Positions 8,876 through 17,801 of a stretch of 64,000 nucleotides of DNA are shown in pieces. This DNA is from Patescibacteria group bacterium (lineage in GTDB: Bacteria > Patescibacteriota > Patescibacteriia > Magasanikbacterales > GWA2-37-8): contig SCQK01000007.1 of assembly GCA_004321885.1 (NCBI GenBank), forward strand, positions 64,001 through 128,000, written 5' to 3'. Under the pieces are notes generated by a model, which did no database searches, was not told the DNA's origin, and worked only from the letters and a program-made list of their open reading frames with translations. Positions within the stretch are counted from its first letter, which is position 1. Each line of letters begins with the position of its first letter. The translations under genes and the position numbers were made by a program.

Positions 8876-10747
8876 TCACTGATTTTCTTTTTCAAATTCT
8901 TTTTTGGCCGCTTCAATGTCCAGCAACTGCTGGGGATTGGTGGTCACAATCTGGTCTTCGGTGTAGGAGGCCACCACTTTAATGGCCGCGTGCTTGTTGC
9001 CGGCGAAAAAAATCCCCTCACCCACAGCGCTTTCCAAAAGCAGATATTTTTCGCCCTCGGTTAAAATAAACACTTTTTGCACCAAATCAATGGCCGCCGG
9101 CGACTGACGCAACAAAAGTTGCAGGGCCGAGTTCGTCACAATCGCCTGACCGTATTGCGAGCGCAAAAAATCATTCACATCCTGCGTGATGGTGGTAACG
9201 CCCAAAAAATATTTGCGGCAGCGCTTGACCAGGGCGAAAATAAAGCGAGCGCTGTCCTCGTGCTGCATCAGCCACCAGGCCTCGTCTATGGCCAGAATCC
9301 TTTTCTTGCGCTCCGAACGCACAACGTTCCAAATATAGTTGACGATGGCGTAAATGGCCAGGGGGCGCAACTCGTCTTCCAAATCGCGCACCGAAAAAAC
9401 CACCAGCTGATTTTTCACGTCCACGTTGGTGGGCGAATTAAACAGACCGCTAAACGTGCCCTCGGTAAATTTTTTCAATTTCAAGACCAGCTCGTTTGAC
9501 CCTTCCATGCCCTCCAAAATTTCCTCCAAATCCTGCATAATGGGCGGCGTCACCTTGGTCAAATCCGCGTCCGGCGTGATATCTTTTTTGGCGTAAGTTT
9601 CTATGAGCGCGCGGTCAATGATGGAATCCTGCTCGGTGGTAAGCCCGCCCAGCATGATGCGCAACAGCCCCTTCACGGTAATGACCGCCCCGCGGATAAT
9701 ATCATCCACGGAAATTTCCTGACCCACGGGCCGCGGCAAATCAAAGGGGTTCACCTTGCTTTCCGAAGATAAAGAAATATTTATATAGGTGCCGCCCACG
9801 GCATCGCACAAATGCTTGTATTCCATTTCCGGGTCAATCACGATAATGTCCGTGCCCATCATCATGGTGCGCAAAATTTCCAGCTTGATGGCATAACTCT
9901 TGCCGGCGCCGGAAGTGGCGAACACCACCATATTGGCGTTTTGCAAAGAAAAGCGGTCAAACAAAATCAGGCTATTGTTGTGTCGGTTGATGCCGTACAA
10001 GATACCGTCATCCGAGGTGAGCTCGGCGGAAATAAACGGAAAACTGGCCGCGATGGGGCTGGAGTTCATGTTGAAAGCGACCGCGATTTCATCGTTGCAT
10101 AAGGGCAGGGTGGAATTAAAACCCTGCTCGGACTGATAAAAAACCTTGCGCGAATAAATGAGCTTGCCGCCAAAAACATTTTCAATGTCTTCGCAGGTCT
10201 GGTCCAGCTCTTCTTTGGTTTTGGCGTAAACCGTAACATAAAACGCAAACTGAAAAAAATGCTCGGTGCCCTGGGTGAGATTGTCGCGCAGTTCTTCTAT
10301 GTCGCGCAGGGCGGTTTCGCGAATCGGGTCGCGCGGCGCGCCTTTTTCCGCGTCGGCGTTTATCTGCGCTTCCAGGGCGCCGACTTTATTGCGCAACTGC
10401 TTCAAAATTATAGCTGACTTGACCGGATAAAAAAACATGCCGATGTCCATGGTCACGGACATATTAAGAATGGGCGAACTCCAGCCCACCGAAATATAGC
10501 GCGGATAGGTGATGACAAAAATGGTGCGGCAAAAAATATCGCCCAGCTTCACGAAGCCGGTCTCCACGTTGAAAGCCGAGGGCGCGATGATGTCCTTAAT
10601 GGAAACCGTGCCCTCGCGATAAGCCCGCTCTTCGGCCAAAATCATGGTCTCGGCCGCGGCTTTCTTTTTTACCGCCTCTTCTTCTTTGCGCAGGCGGCTC
10701 TCGTCGGGCTGGCCGGTTGGTTTTACGATTTTTGGTGCAAAAGCCAT
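8876..10747 (-). CDS. virB4: VirB4/TrbE-like conjugal transfer ATPase (C-terminal ATPase part)
   Basis: Walker A ATSGAGKS; Walker B ILAIDEAWWLM; 623 aa. Confidence 0.8.
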   Translation of the reverse strand: MAFAPKIVKPTGQPDESRLRKEEEAVKKKAAAETMILAEERAYREGTVSIKDIIAPSAFNVETGFVKLGDIFCRTIFVITYPRYISVGWSSPILNMSVTMDIGMFFYPVKSAIILKQLRNKVGALEAQINADAEKGAPRDPIRETALRDIEELRDNLTQGTEHFFQFAFYVTVYAKTKEELDQTCEDIENVFGGKLIYSRKVFYQSEQGFNSTLPLCNDEIAVAFNMNSSPIAASFPFISAELTSDDGILYGINRHNNSLILFDRFSLQNANMVVFATSGAGKSYAIKLEILRTMMMGTDIIVIDPEMEYKHLCDAVGGTYINISLSSESKVNPFDLPRPVGQEISVDDIIRGAVITVKGLLRIMLGGLTTEQDSIIDRALIETYAKKDITPDADLTKVTPPIMQDLEEILEGMEGSNELVLKLKKFTEGTFSGLFNSPTNVDVKNQLVVFSVRDLEDELRPLAIYAIVNYIWNVVRSERKKRILAIDEAWWLMQHEDSARFIFALVKRCRKYFLGVTTITQDVNDFLRSQYGQAIVTNSALQLLLRQSPAAIDLVQKVFILTEGEKYLLLESAVGEGIFFAGNKHAAIKVVASYTEDQIVTTNPQQLLDIEAAKKEFEKENQ

Positions 10748-10752
10748 AGGTA

Positions 10753-11433
10753 TTATTCTACCTGCATCTGATTCGCCGGCGCCAGGTATTGGCTAAACGC
10801 CACGTCCGGATTATACGTTGAATAAAATAATTCTATCAGGGATTGCGTGTCCAGGCGCGCCACTTCCAGGTTCATTGAAGCCAAACCCCCTTCCACCTGG
10901 CGCACGCGCGCGTCTAAATCTTTTTTTCTCTGCAAAAACCGGTCTTCTTTGAGAGTGATGATAGTAGCCGGATTAATCGTCTCCATCGCGCGCGGCCAAA
11001 AGCCGCGTTTTTTGTTAGAAAGCGGGTCGTAGGGCACAATCACGAAAAACTGTTTGCTCATGATTTTGCCGAGCGACACCAGCTCGGTGATAAACGAGCG
11101 GTAATCGGCCGTCTGCGCGCGTAAAAGCTCGTTGCTTTGCTCGCGCTCTTTGGTTAGTAATTTTTCCAGATAGGGCTTGATATATAACTGACGCGATTGC
11201 ACCACCACCTGCAGGGGAAAATCCAGGGAGTTCAAAAAAGAAACATACGACGACACCAGCGCGTTTTGCTCTTCCTCGCTTTTGAGCGCGAAATTAACGC
11301 TGGAAACCATCAGCAGGGCGCGCAGGGTGCCGTCTTTCATGACAACAGTGTCTGATTTGATTTCAGAAAAAGGCAGATGATTCTGCGCGGACGGAATAGC
11401 TCTTTTTTTGGCCAGCGTTTTTTTATTTTGCAT
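10753..11433 (-). CDS. VirB4 N-terminal-domain-like protein (split or frameshifted virB4?)
   Basis: 226 aa ending 5 nt before the ATPase ORF in a different frame; combined length about 850 aa matches Gram-positive VirB4 homologues. Confidence 0.45.
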   Translation of the reverse strand: MQNKKTLAKKRAIPSAQNHLPFSEIKSDTVVMKDGTLRALLMVSSVNFALKSEEEQNALVSSYVSFLNSLDFPLQVVVQSRQLYIKPYLEKLLTKEREQSNELLRAQTADYRSFITELVSLGKIMSKQFFVIVPYDPLSNKKRGFWPRAMETINPATIITLKEDRFLQRKKDLDARVRQVEGGLASMNLEVARLDTQSLIELFYSTYNPDVAFSQYLAPANQMQVE

Positions 11434-11477
11434 ATGTTTTTCCCTCCCCTTGCGAAGGGGAGGGTTAGGGAGGGGTC

Positions 11478-11906
11478 TTACTCGGGTTTGTAATATCCCC
11501 CGGTATTCACAATCAAAGACAAATCCCTGATTCTGTTATACGACAATCGCGGCATGGCCTTGGCCGCTTCTTCTATTTTTTTCTCCGCGTTCGCTTCGCG
11601 CAATTTTTTCAAATCGGCGTTGGAATATTTTTTCTGCCAGATGCGCAGGCTGGGCCGGCGCGCGGTGCCGGCGATATTTAGGATAAAATAATGAAACGGC
11701 TGGCCGTTGATTTTGACAAAAGCGAAGGTCAGCGACAAGCCGCCGAAAAGCGCGGTGAGGAAAATAAACAAAGCCATGTCGGCCAATTTGAAAGACAAAA
11801 ATATCAACAGACTGCCTGCGAGCAAAATGATAAACTGCCTGGTGGTGATGGGCCCAAAAATTTTGTCTTCCACGTCTATGAATTGCGGCACCGTGAATTG
11901 ATCCAT
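11478..11906 (-). CDS. PrgI-family small conjugation membrane protein (VirB3-like)
   Basis: MDQFTVPQFIDVEDKIFGPITTRQF start and two TM helices, characteristic of PrgI/TcpE-like proteins that accompany VirB4. Confidence 0.55.
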   Translation of the reverse strand: MDQFTVPQFIDVEDKIFGPITTRQFIILLAGSLLIFLSFKLADMALFIFLTALFGGLSLTFAFVKINGQPFHYFILNIAGTARRPSLRIWQKKYSNADLKKLREANAEKKIEEAAKAMPRLSYNRIRDLSLIVNTGGYYKPE

Positions 11907-11907
11907 A

Positions 11908-13101
11908 CTATAATTCTTTCTCCATCGCCACTATCGCTTTTATTTCTTCTATCTTTATCCCGCCTTTTTCCGTCGCTGTCTGCGCCAGGGTTTTTCTGTC
12001 GGCCAACGCGCCGCACACCGCGTCCATGTATTCCAAATAAAGAGGGCTCTGTTTCCAGGCGGCCTGCGCGTCCATATATAATAGGTAGGATTCGTCGCGC
12101 AGGTTGATGAATTTTTGTTTCAGGCGCTGGCCCGCCTCGGCGCAGTTTTGCGCCAAACGGCGAAAATCCGTCAGACTAATATATTTTACCTCATCTATGG
12201 GTCCCATTTCAACAGGCGGAGCGGAAATATCCCGCATGCTCTGTTTTACCGGCGCGCTTCCTAACTTGAACGACGAGGATTGTGTAGCCCCCTCCCCTCT
12301 TAGGGAAACCGTCATCTTCCCCTCCCCTTGATAAGGGGAGGGCTCGCCACCACACCAAAATTTTTGGTGTGGTGGCGAGGGAGGGGCAGTCGCAACCGGC
12401 TTCTCTTCAGGCGCCAAAAGCGCGTGCAAAAGCTCGTTGGCTTTTTTCTTGCTCTCGGGCACAGTTGGTCCCCCCCCTCCTTTAGAAGGAGGGGGCAAGG
12501 GGGTGGTCTTGACCTTTTCTGAATGTTCAAACGGGTTAAACGGAGTTGCTGTCGCCGGCAACAATACCTCTTCGCACGCTCCCGCCGCTTTCTCGGCCTG
12601 ATTGGCCGTAAAACCCATGCCACCGTCTTTTATGGAACGCAATAAAATATTTTTCGTTTCTTCGGGCGAGCGCACGTCTTTGAGGCGCAACTGAATAATA
12701 CTGCGCAAGCGATTGATAAAGTTGGGCGGCACTGGAAAATTTATTTTTTTGAGCGCCTGGTCCACCTGGCTTAGGCGCGGCTCGCTCAATTTCGGCGCGT
12801 CGCCCTTGGCCGGCGCCGGCTCTTCCAAAGGCGACCGAAAATCATTATTCGCTTTCTTCGTTCCCATCATCGGCGCCGTGGGATACGGCGGTCGTTTTGG
12901 CGCTACTTTCACTCCCTCCCCTTTTAGGGGAGGGGCAGGGAGTGGGGTATTGTGCGCCGCTTGTCTTACCTGCGACAAAGGCATGCGCACAAAACTGCCG
13001 TCGGCCTTTTTTACCAAAATTGTTGGTTCGTTTGGCATATTATTTACCCCTGCCTCCCTCCCCCTTAAATAAAGGGGGGGACAGGAGGGGGTATTATTCA
13101 C
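11908..13101 (-). CDS. Pro-rich hypothetical protein with four in-frame GC-hairpin repeat insertions
   Basis: the first 20 codons are encoded by a repeat, so the likely true start is MPNEP at about 13038; repeat-encoded segments at 12286-12345, 12470-12500 and 12912-12950. Confidence 0.45.
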   Translation of the reverse strand: MNNTPSCPPLYLRGREAGVNNMPNEPTILVKKADGSFVRMPLSQVRQAAHNTPLPAPPLKGEGVKVAPKRPPYPTAPMMGTKKANNDFRSPLEEPAPAKGDAPKLSEPRLSQVDQALKKINFPVPPNFINRLRSIIQLRLKDVRSPEETKNILLRSIKDGGMGFTANQAEKAAGACEEVLLPATATPFNPFEHSEKVKTTPLPPPSKGGGGPTVPESKKKANELLHALLAPEEKPVATAPPSPPHQKFWCGGEPSPYQGEGKMTVSLRGEGATQSSSFKLGSAPVKQSMRDISAPPVEMGPIDEVKYISLTDFRRLAQNCAEAGQRLKQKFINLRDESYLLYMDAQAAWKQSPLYLEYMDAVCGALADRKTLAQTATEKGGIKIEEIKAIVAMEKEL

Positions 13102-14425
13102 TAACTAATTTTAAGTCTTTCGCCACCTGCGCGGCCAAGGATTCCACGCTGTCAAATTTTTTGGGCAGGCGCAAATAACGTTCGGTGCGCGCTTCTATTT
13201 TTTTTCCATACAAATCGCCCGCAAAATTCAAAACATGAACTTCCAGGCAGTCTTTTTTTGTTAAAGAATTATATCCATAATATAGCAAGCCGGAATACCC
13301 CTTCCCCTGCCCCTCCCCTAAAAGGGGAGGGTGGCTATCGGTGGTTCCTCCCCTTTTTAGGGGGAGGACAAAGGAGGGGGTATTCGCAATGAAAGCGACG
13401 GAGCACGTATACAATCCCCTGGGCAAATTTTTGGCCAGCGCCACGTCCAAGTTGGCCGTGTGAATCCCTACTTTATCCCCTTGTCCATAGCCGGGCAAAA
13501 CCGCGCCGGCCACCACGCGCGAACGGTGTAAAAACACAATTCTGGTTACGGCCGCCGCCAGCGCCGCCGCTCCCAAAATTTGCGTGGCCGATAACGCGTT
13601 GCCATTTAAATAATAATCCAAAATAATGGCGGACACGGGCCAGGACAGCTCGCACAAAGTCGCCACCGAAGCGGTGATTTTTTTCAGGCCGAAATAGTAC
13701 AAAAACATGGCCGCGGCTCCGGATGTAAAAACTATAATGATTAAAGTCGTCCACTGGGCCGCGCCCACCGACGGCAGAGAGGAAAAATAGCGCGCCGCCG
13801 GAATCGCCATAATCAAAACCGTGAGCCCAAAGCGCAAAGCCGCCAGCAGGCCATAGCTGATATTTTTTAGGGAATATTTTCCAAAGGTGGTGGCCGAACC
13901 CCAGGCAAACGCGGCCAGCATGGAAAAACCGGCGGCAATGGGAACAGCCGACATCGCGCTAGAAACCGCGAACGGATTTTTGAAAGTAACAAAATATCCC
14001 GCGACCAGCGCGAGCGGGGCGTAAAAATAAAACGAGCGCGGAAATCGCTCGCGTAAAAATATGGCGGCCAAGATAATCGCGAAAATCGGCTGAAATTTTT
14101 GCAAAAGAATCACTACGGAAATATCTTTGAAGCCCGTGGCAAACAAGGCCTTGGTGATAAAAATCGTGCCCAAAGCCCCGCCAAACAAGGCCACCCAAAA
14201 AATTGCGACCCACTCTTTGCGTTTTATCAGTTTTAACTGGGCGCGGTAAACAACCAAAAACGGCAACAAGGCGACAAAACCGAGCAGGTGCTCCAAAAAC
14301 ACCAGCAAGGCCGGTTGCAAGGAATACAAACGGGGTCGCAAAAAAGTGCCGTCCAAACTCCACAGCAGAGCGGCCAGCGCCACGGCCATTGCCCCGATAA
14401 TCACGCTATTTTTTTTCATAATCAT
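13094..14425 (-). CDS. EamA/DMT-family transporter joined to a riboflavin-kinase-like C-terminal domain
   Basis: 10 TM helices, then GYGQGDKVGIHTANL ... LEVHVLNFAGDLYGKKIEARTERYLRLPKKFDSVESLAAQVAKD resembling the RibF kinase domain; a repeat-encoded insertion at 13305-13385. Confidence 0.5.
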   Translation of the reverse strand: MIMKKNSVIIGAMAVALAALLWSLDGTFLRPRLYSLQPALLVFLEHLLGFVALLPFLVVYRAQLKLIKRKEWVAIFWVALFGGALGTIFITKALFATGFKDISVVILLQKFQPIFAIILAAIFLRERFPRSFYFYAPLALVAGYFVTFKNPFAVSSAMSAVPIAAGFSMLAAFAWGSATTFGKYSLKNISYGLLAALRFGLTVLIMAIPAARYFSSLPSVGAAQWTTLIIIVFTSGAAAMFLYYFGLKKITASVATLCELSWPVSAIILDYYLNGNALSATQILGAAALAAAVTRIVFLHRSRVVAGAVLPGYGQGDKVGIHTANLDVALAKNLPRGLYTCSVAFIANTPSFVLPLKRGGTTDSHPPLLGEGQGKGYSGLLYYGYNSLTKKDCLEVHVLNFAGDLYGKKIEARTERYLRLPKKFDSVESLAAQVAKDLKLVSE

Positions 14426-14480
14426 TTGTCATGCTGAACCACCAGCTGGCGGTTGTTTCAGCATCTTCGCTTTCTTCGTC

Positions 14481-14596
14481 ACCCCACTGTCATTCCGAGC
14501 GGAGCGAGGAATCCCTTATACTACGTTAACAGTTTCTATATCCCCCTTCTTCAAATGCAACACAATCGCCAGCGCCTCGCACAGCCACGAGGCGCG
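14481..14596. repeat. about 115-bp direct repeat, copy 1 (remnant of the 3' end of gene 15271-16254)
   Basis: about 90% identical to 15236-15350; encodes ASWLCEALAIVLHLKKGDIETVNVV* on the minus strand. Confidence 0.8.
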
Positions 14597-14723
14597 TTGT
14601 CTCACACATTAATAATGATTGTGAATAAAAACTGTGGACAAAACGCCTTGACAAAAAACTCTTTTCTTGATATATTAGATTCGGATAGTAACGATGAAAA
14701 GACCCTCGTAAGAAGATACGTGC

Positions 14724-15248
14724 TTACGGGGTGCTTTTTTTATACTCAACTTTATTCCTCAAATCACTAACAAAACTAATTTTGCCGCCGGCCACTTTCC
14801 GCAATAAGTACGAGCAACTGGACGGCGCGGGCGCGATCAAGTGGCAAAACTTATTTTGTTTTCGCAAATAGTCAACTAAACAATGAAAATCACCATCGCC
14901 GCTGACAATTACGGCCTGATCATAATTCTGATATTCTATCATCGTGTGTAAAACCAATTCGGCGTCACAATTCCCTTTTACTTCACCGTCTTTCAATATT
15001 AGAGTTGGTTTAAATATCAAAATGTAACCAACCTCCTGAAGAAATTTATACAACTCCTCATTGCCAAATAAAAAACCAATGAACATAAACGCCTTCGCGA
15101 CGCTATATTTGTCTTTCAAATACCTGCGAAAACGAAAATAATCCAGCTTCCAACCAATGCGCTGCATACTGAAATATAGATTCTGACTGTCTATAAACGC
15201 GAAATTGTTTTCTTTCATACTTCGTTTCCCTCCCCGCCCCACTGTCAT
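14724..15248 (-). CDS. NYN/LabA-like domain protein (predicted RNase)
   Basis: FIDSQNLY...KGNCDAELV...SGDGDF motifs. Confidence 0.65.
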   Translation of the reverse strand: MTVGRGGKRSMKENNFAFIDSQNLYFSMQRIGWKLDYFRFRRYLKDKYSVAKAFMFIGFLFGNEELYKFLQEVGYILIFKPTLILKDGEVKGNCDAELVLHTMIEYQNYDQAVIVSGDGDFHCLVDYLRKQNKFCHLIAPAPSSCSYLLRKVAGGKISFVSDLRNKVEYKKSTP

Positions 15249-15350
15249 TCTGAGCGGAGCGAGGAATCCCTTACACTACGTTAACAGTTTCTATATCCCC
15301 TTTTTTCAAATGCAACACTATCGCCAGCGCCTCGCGCAGCCAAGAGGCAT
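15236..15350. repeat. about 115-bp direct repeat, copy 2 (authentic 3' end of gene 15271-16254)
   Basis: see copy 1. Confidence 0.8.
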
Positions 15351-16254
15351 AAGCCTCGCGCTCCTCTTGTCCGCGATAAATATTCTGCAAGAATTTTTCC
15401 GCCTCCAAAATTGCCGTGTCCTGATTGTAGCCACGGCCGGAAAAATCTTTGAGCAAAACCGATAATTTTCTGCTTTCATCTCCGGCATCGCTCGTCGGCA
15501 CGCTCTCGTTGCTTTGCTCCAACGATTGTATGATGTTCCGGCTCATGGCGTCAAAATCCGCGTCGCTCTTGCCGCCCAAAAATTCCCCCAGATAAAATCG
15601 CGCCGGCACGCCGGTCACGATGGCGCTATAAAAATAATTCTGCAATAAAAATTGTCTTTCATTCGCGCCAAACTGGCCAAACATCTTCCACACCGCCTGC
15701 AAGAGCATGGAAAAAATAAAAGCGTCATCCCAAAAATATTGTTTTTTAATATCTTCTGATTTCGAAACAGCGGGTAGTGTGCGCACAAACATTTCGCCGA
15801 TTTCTTTATCCGCGCCATTTCGCAAAAAATCCCCGAGCGTCGCCACAAAAACCAAATCATTATAAAATCCGCCTTCGCCTTTCAAAATAATTTTCAATTC
15901 TTCTTTTTCGTATGGCTTGACGCCAGCGCCCAAACCCAGAGCCGCTGAAATAAACGATAGCTGTAGCGCCAATGCGCCGGCGATTTCGCTATCGTCTGGC
16001 TTATCCATAAATTCGGCGACCAATTCGGAATCCAAAAACAAAATTATTTCTTTTTCAATCACGTCCATTGCTCCGGATAACTCTTCCTTAGTCGCTCGCG
16101 CGCCAATTTGCGAAGCGTAATCAAACATTTTCTCGTTTGCGCCCTTGGCAATCAAATCCGCTTTGGCTTTTTCCAATTCCAAAAACGCCTCGCGAACATC
16201 CTGCCACGAACACCTTCTAAACTCGCATACTTTGCGCCTGCCGAGGGTGAACAT
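15271..16254 (-). CDS. hypothetical protein (T4SS-locus)
   Basis: 327 aa, acidic, no motif recognised. Confidence 0.5.
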   Translation of the reverse strand: MFTLGRRKVCEFRRCSWQDVREAFLELEKAKADLIAKGANEKMFDYASQIGARATKEELSGAMDVIEKEIILFLDSELVAEFMDKPDDSEIAGALALQLSFISAALGLGAGVKPYEKEELKIILKGEGGFYNDLVFVATLGDFLRNGADKEIGEMFVRTLPAVSKSEDIKKQYFWDDAFIFSMLLQAVWKMFGQFGANERQFLLQNYFYSAIVTGVPARFYLGEFLGGKSDADFDAMSRNIIQSLEQSNESVPTSDAGDESRKLSVLLKDFSGRGYNQDTAILEAEKFLQNIYRGQEEREAYASWLREALAIVLHLKKGDIETVNVV

Positions 16255-16263
16255 AAAGCAATT

Positions 16264-16578
16264 TTATTCCTCTCCTTCGTCAGATTTATCAAAAAAATTT
16301 TCAACCAACTCTGACAAATCAAGACGCCTTCTTTCTTCTGCACTCTTTTTATTAAATTCTAAAACAGAATGCAAATCTTGTTGTTGCCTTGATGTCAAAT
16401 TTCGACTCTCCAGTTCTTTAACGACCAGTTCCGTCGGCGCCTTCAAATTATCATATATGTATCTTTCATTACTATTCGGGGCTACACGCGCGCATAACAT
16501 TCTAAAAACATCCTTAGTTGTATTTTTTTTGAGCTCTGATTTAAAATACCCTTCATTTTCTTTTGTATCGATAGTCAT
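16264..16578 (-). CDS. hypothetical protein
   Basis: 104 aa; tightly packed in the operon. Confidence 0.4.
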   Translation of the reverse strand: MTIDTKENEGYFKSELKKNTTKDVFRMLCARVAPNSNERYIYDNLKAPTELVVKELESRNLTSRQQQDLHSVLEFNKKSAEERRRLDLSELVENFFDKSDEGEE

Positions 16579-16600
16579 AATTATTTTTCATCTATAACTT

Positions 16601-17794
16601 TCAAGCAAGTGGTTGCGCGAAATTACTAAAAATAAAATCTTTCTTCTTTTCGTCAAAATATAATAATGGCTCTCCGGATTTATAATAATCCATATAAATA
16701 TCATTCACTTGCAGCAAATTTGAAAATAAAGGTTCGCTGTGGTAATCCGTTCCGTCCAATTTAATAACGGATTTAATGTAGGCCGCCGCCTGTTCGGCTG
16801 ACACCTTCGCGAACCATTTCTTTAAATTCCGCGTGTCTTCATCCGTAAGGGGAACATGCAAAATGGCATACGTTATGTCCGCAGTCAGATTTGATTTTGT
16901 TATATCAATGTTATTTATGTCAATCCCAATAATGCTTCCGTTCATTATATGCAAATATAACTTCAAGATAATTCCGATTATCAGGCCGTCCGCTTCGCTG
17001 GTCAAATTAAAATATTTATCATTACTCAAAAAATCTAAAAGTTGCATTTCGTTCAAATCCGACTGTGCAAAATTAACAAAGATGGTAATCCAAAAATGAA
17101 TCGTATATAAATCCATTTCATTCTGCGGACCGATTATTGTCTGATTGTCCAACAGAAAACCAGCTAATTCCAAACTGCGTTTGGTTCGAACATCAAACAA
17201 ACTGGAGTCGCTCTTAAGCATGTCCGCCAAAATCGCTTCAATATCAAACCCGATTTCAATCGCCAAGACGATCAAACTGCTATGTAAAAAATAATCTTGT
17301 TCCGTAGAATTAAGCCGGCCAAAAAAATAACAGCATAAAACGACATAAATCCGCCGCAAGAACGCGGCCAGTTCCGCATCTATTCCTTCAAAAAATAACC
17401 CGGCTGCGGAATTTTTTGCCAGCTGGCGTAATAAAATCAAAACCTCATTCTGCTTGCCGAAATTTATCGCTACATAAACCGTGCGAATTAATTTATCGCG
17501 CTGAAGCGAATCCTTCGTGTCGGTCGGTTTGAATTTTTTTATTTCTTCCAATGTCAATTCACCGACCGCGGGATTTCGGCCGCGCATTGTTTTTACCAGA
17601 TTTTCACAATCGCCAAAATTTTCCTTTTTCGTCGTGGAGGTCAGCGGATAAAACTGATACGCCAAAGCTTCTTCCCAGGGAAGTAAATCAAAACCTTTGA
17701 TTAGTTGCTCAAATTCGCTCTTGTCTTTCGCTGAAATATTAAGCAAACTAACAAAGGAAGACAGCGTAAAATTTTCTCTGACAATTTTAGCCAT
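16601..17794 (-). CDS. hypothetical protein
   Basis: 397 aa; no motif recognised. Confidence 0.5.
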   Translation of the reverse strand: MAKIVRENFTLSSFVSLLNISAKDKSEFEQLIKGFDLLPWEEALAYQFYPLTSTTKKENFGDCENLVKTMRGRNPAVGELTLEEIKKFKPTDTKDSLQRDKLIRTVYVAINFGKQNEVLILLRQLAKNSAAGLFFEGIDAELAAFLRRIYVVLCCYFFGRLNSTEQDYFLHSSLIVLAIEIGFDIEAILADMLKSDSSLFDVRTKRSLELAGFLLDNQTIIGPQNEMDLYTIHFWITIFVNFAQSDLNEMQLLDFLSNDKYFNLTSEADGLIIGIILKLYLHIMNGSIIGIDINNIDITKSNLTADITYAILHVPLTDEDTRNLKKWFAKVSAEQAAAYIKSVIKLDGTDYHSEPLFSNLLQVNDIYMDYYKSGEPLLYFDEKKKDFIFSNFAQPLA

Positions 17795-17801
17795 AAATTA
17801 A

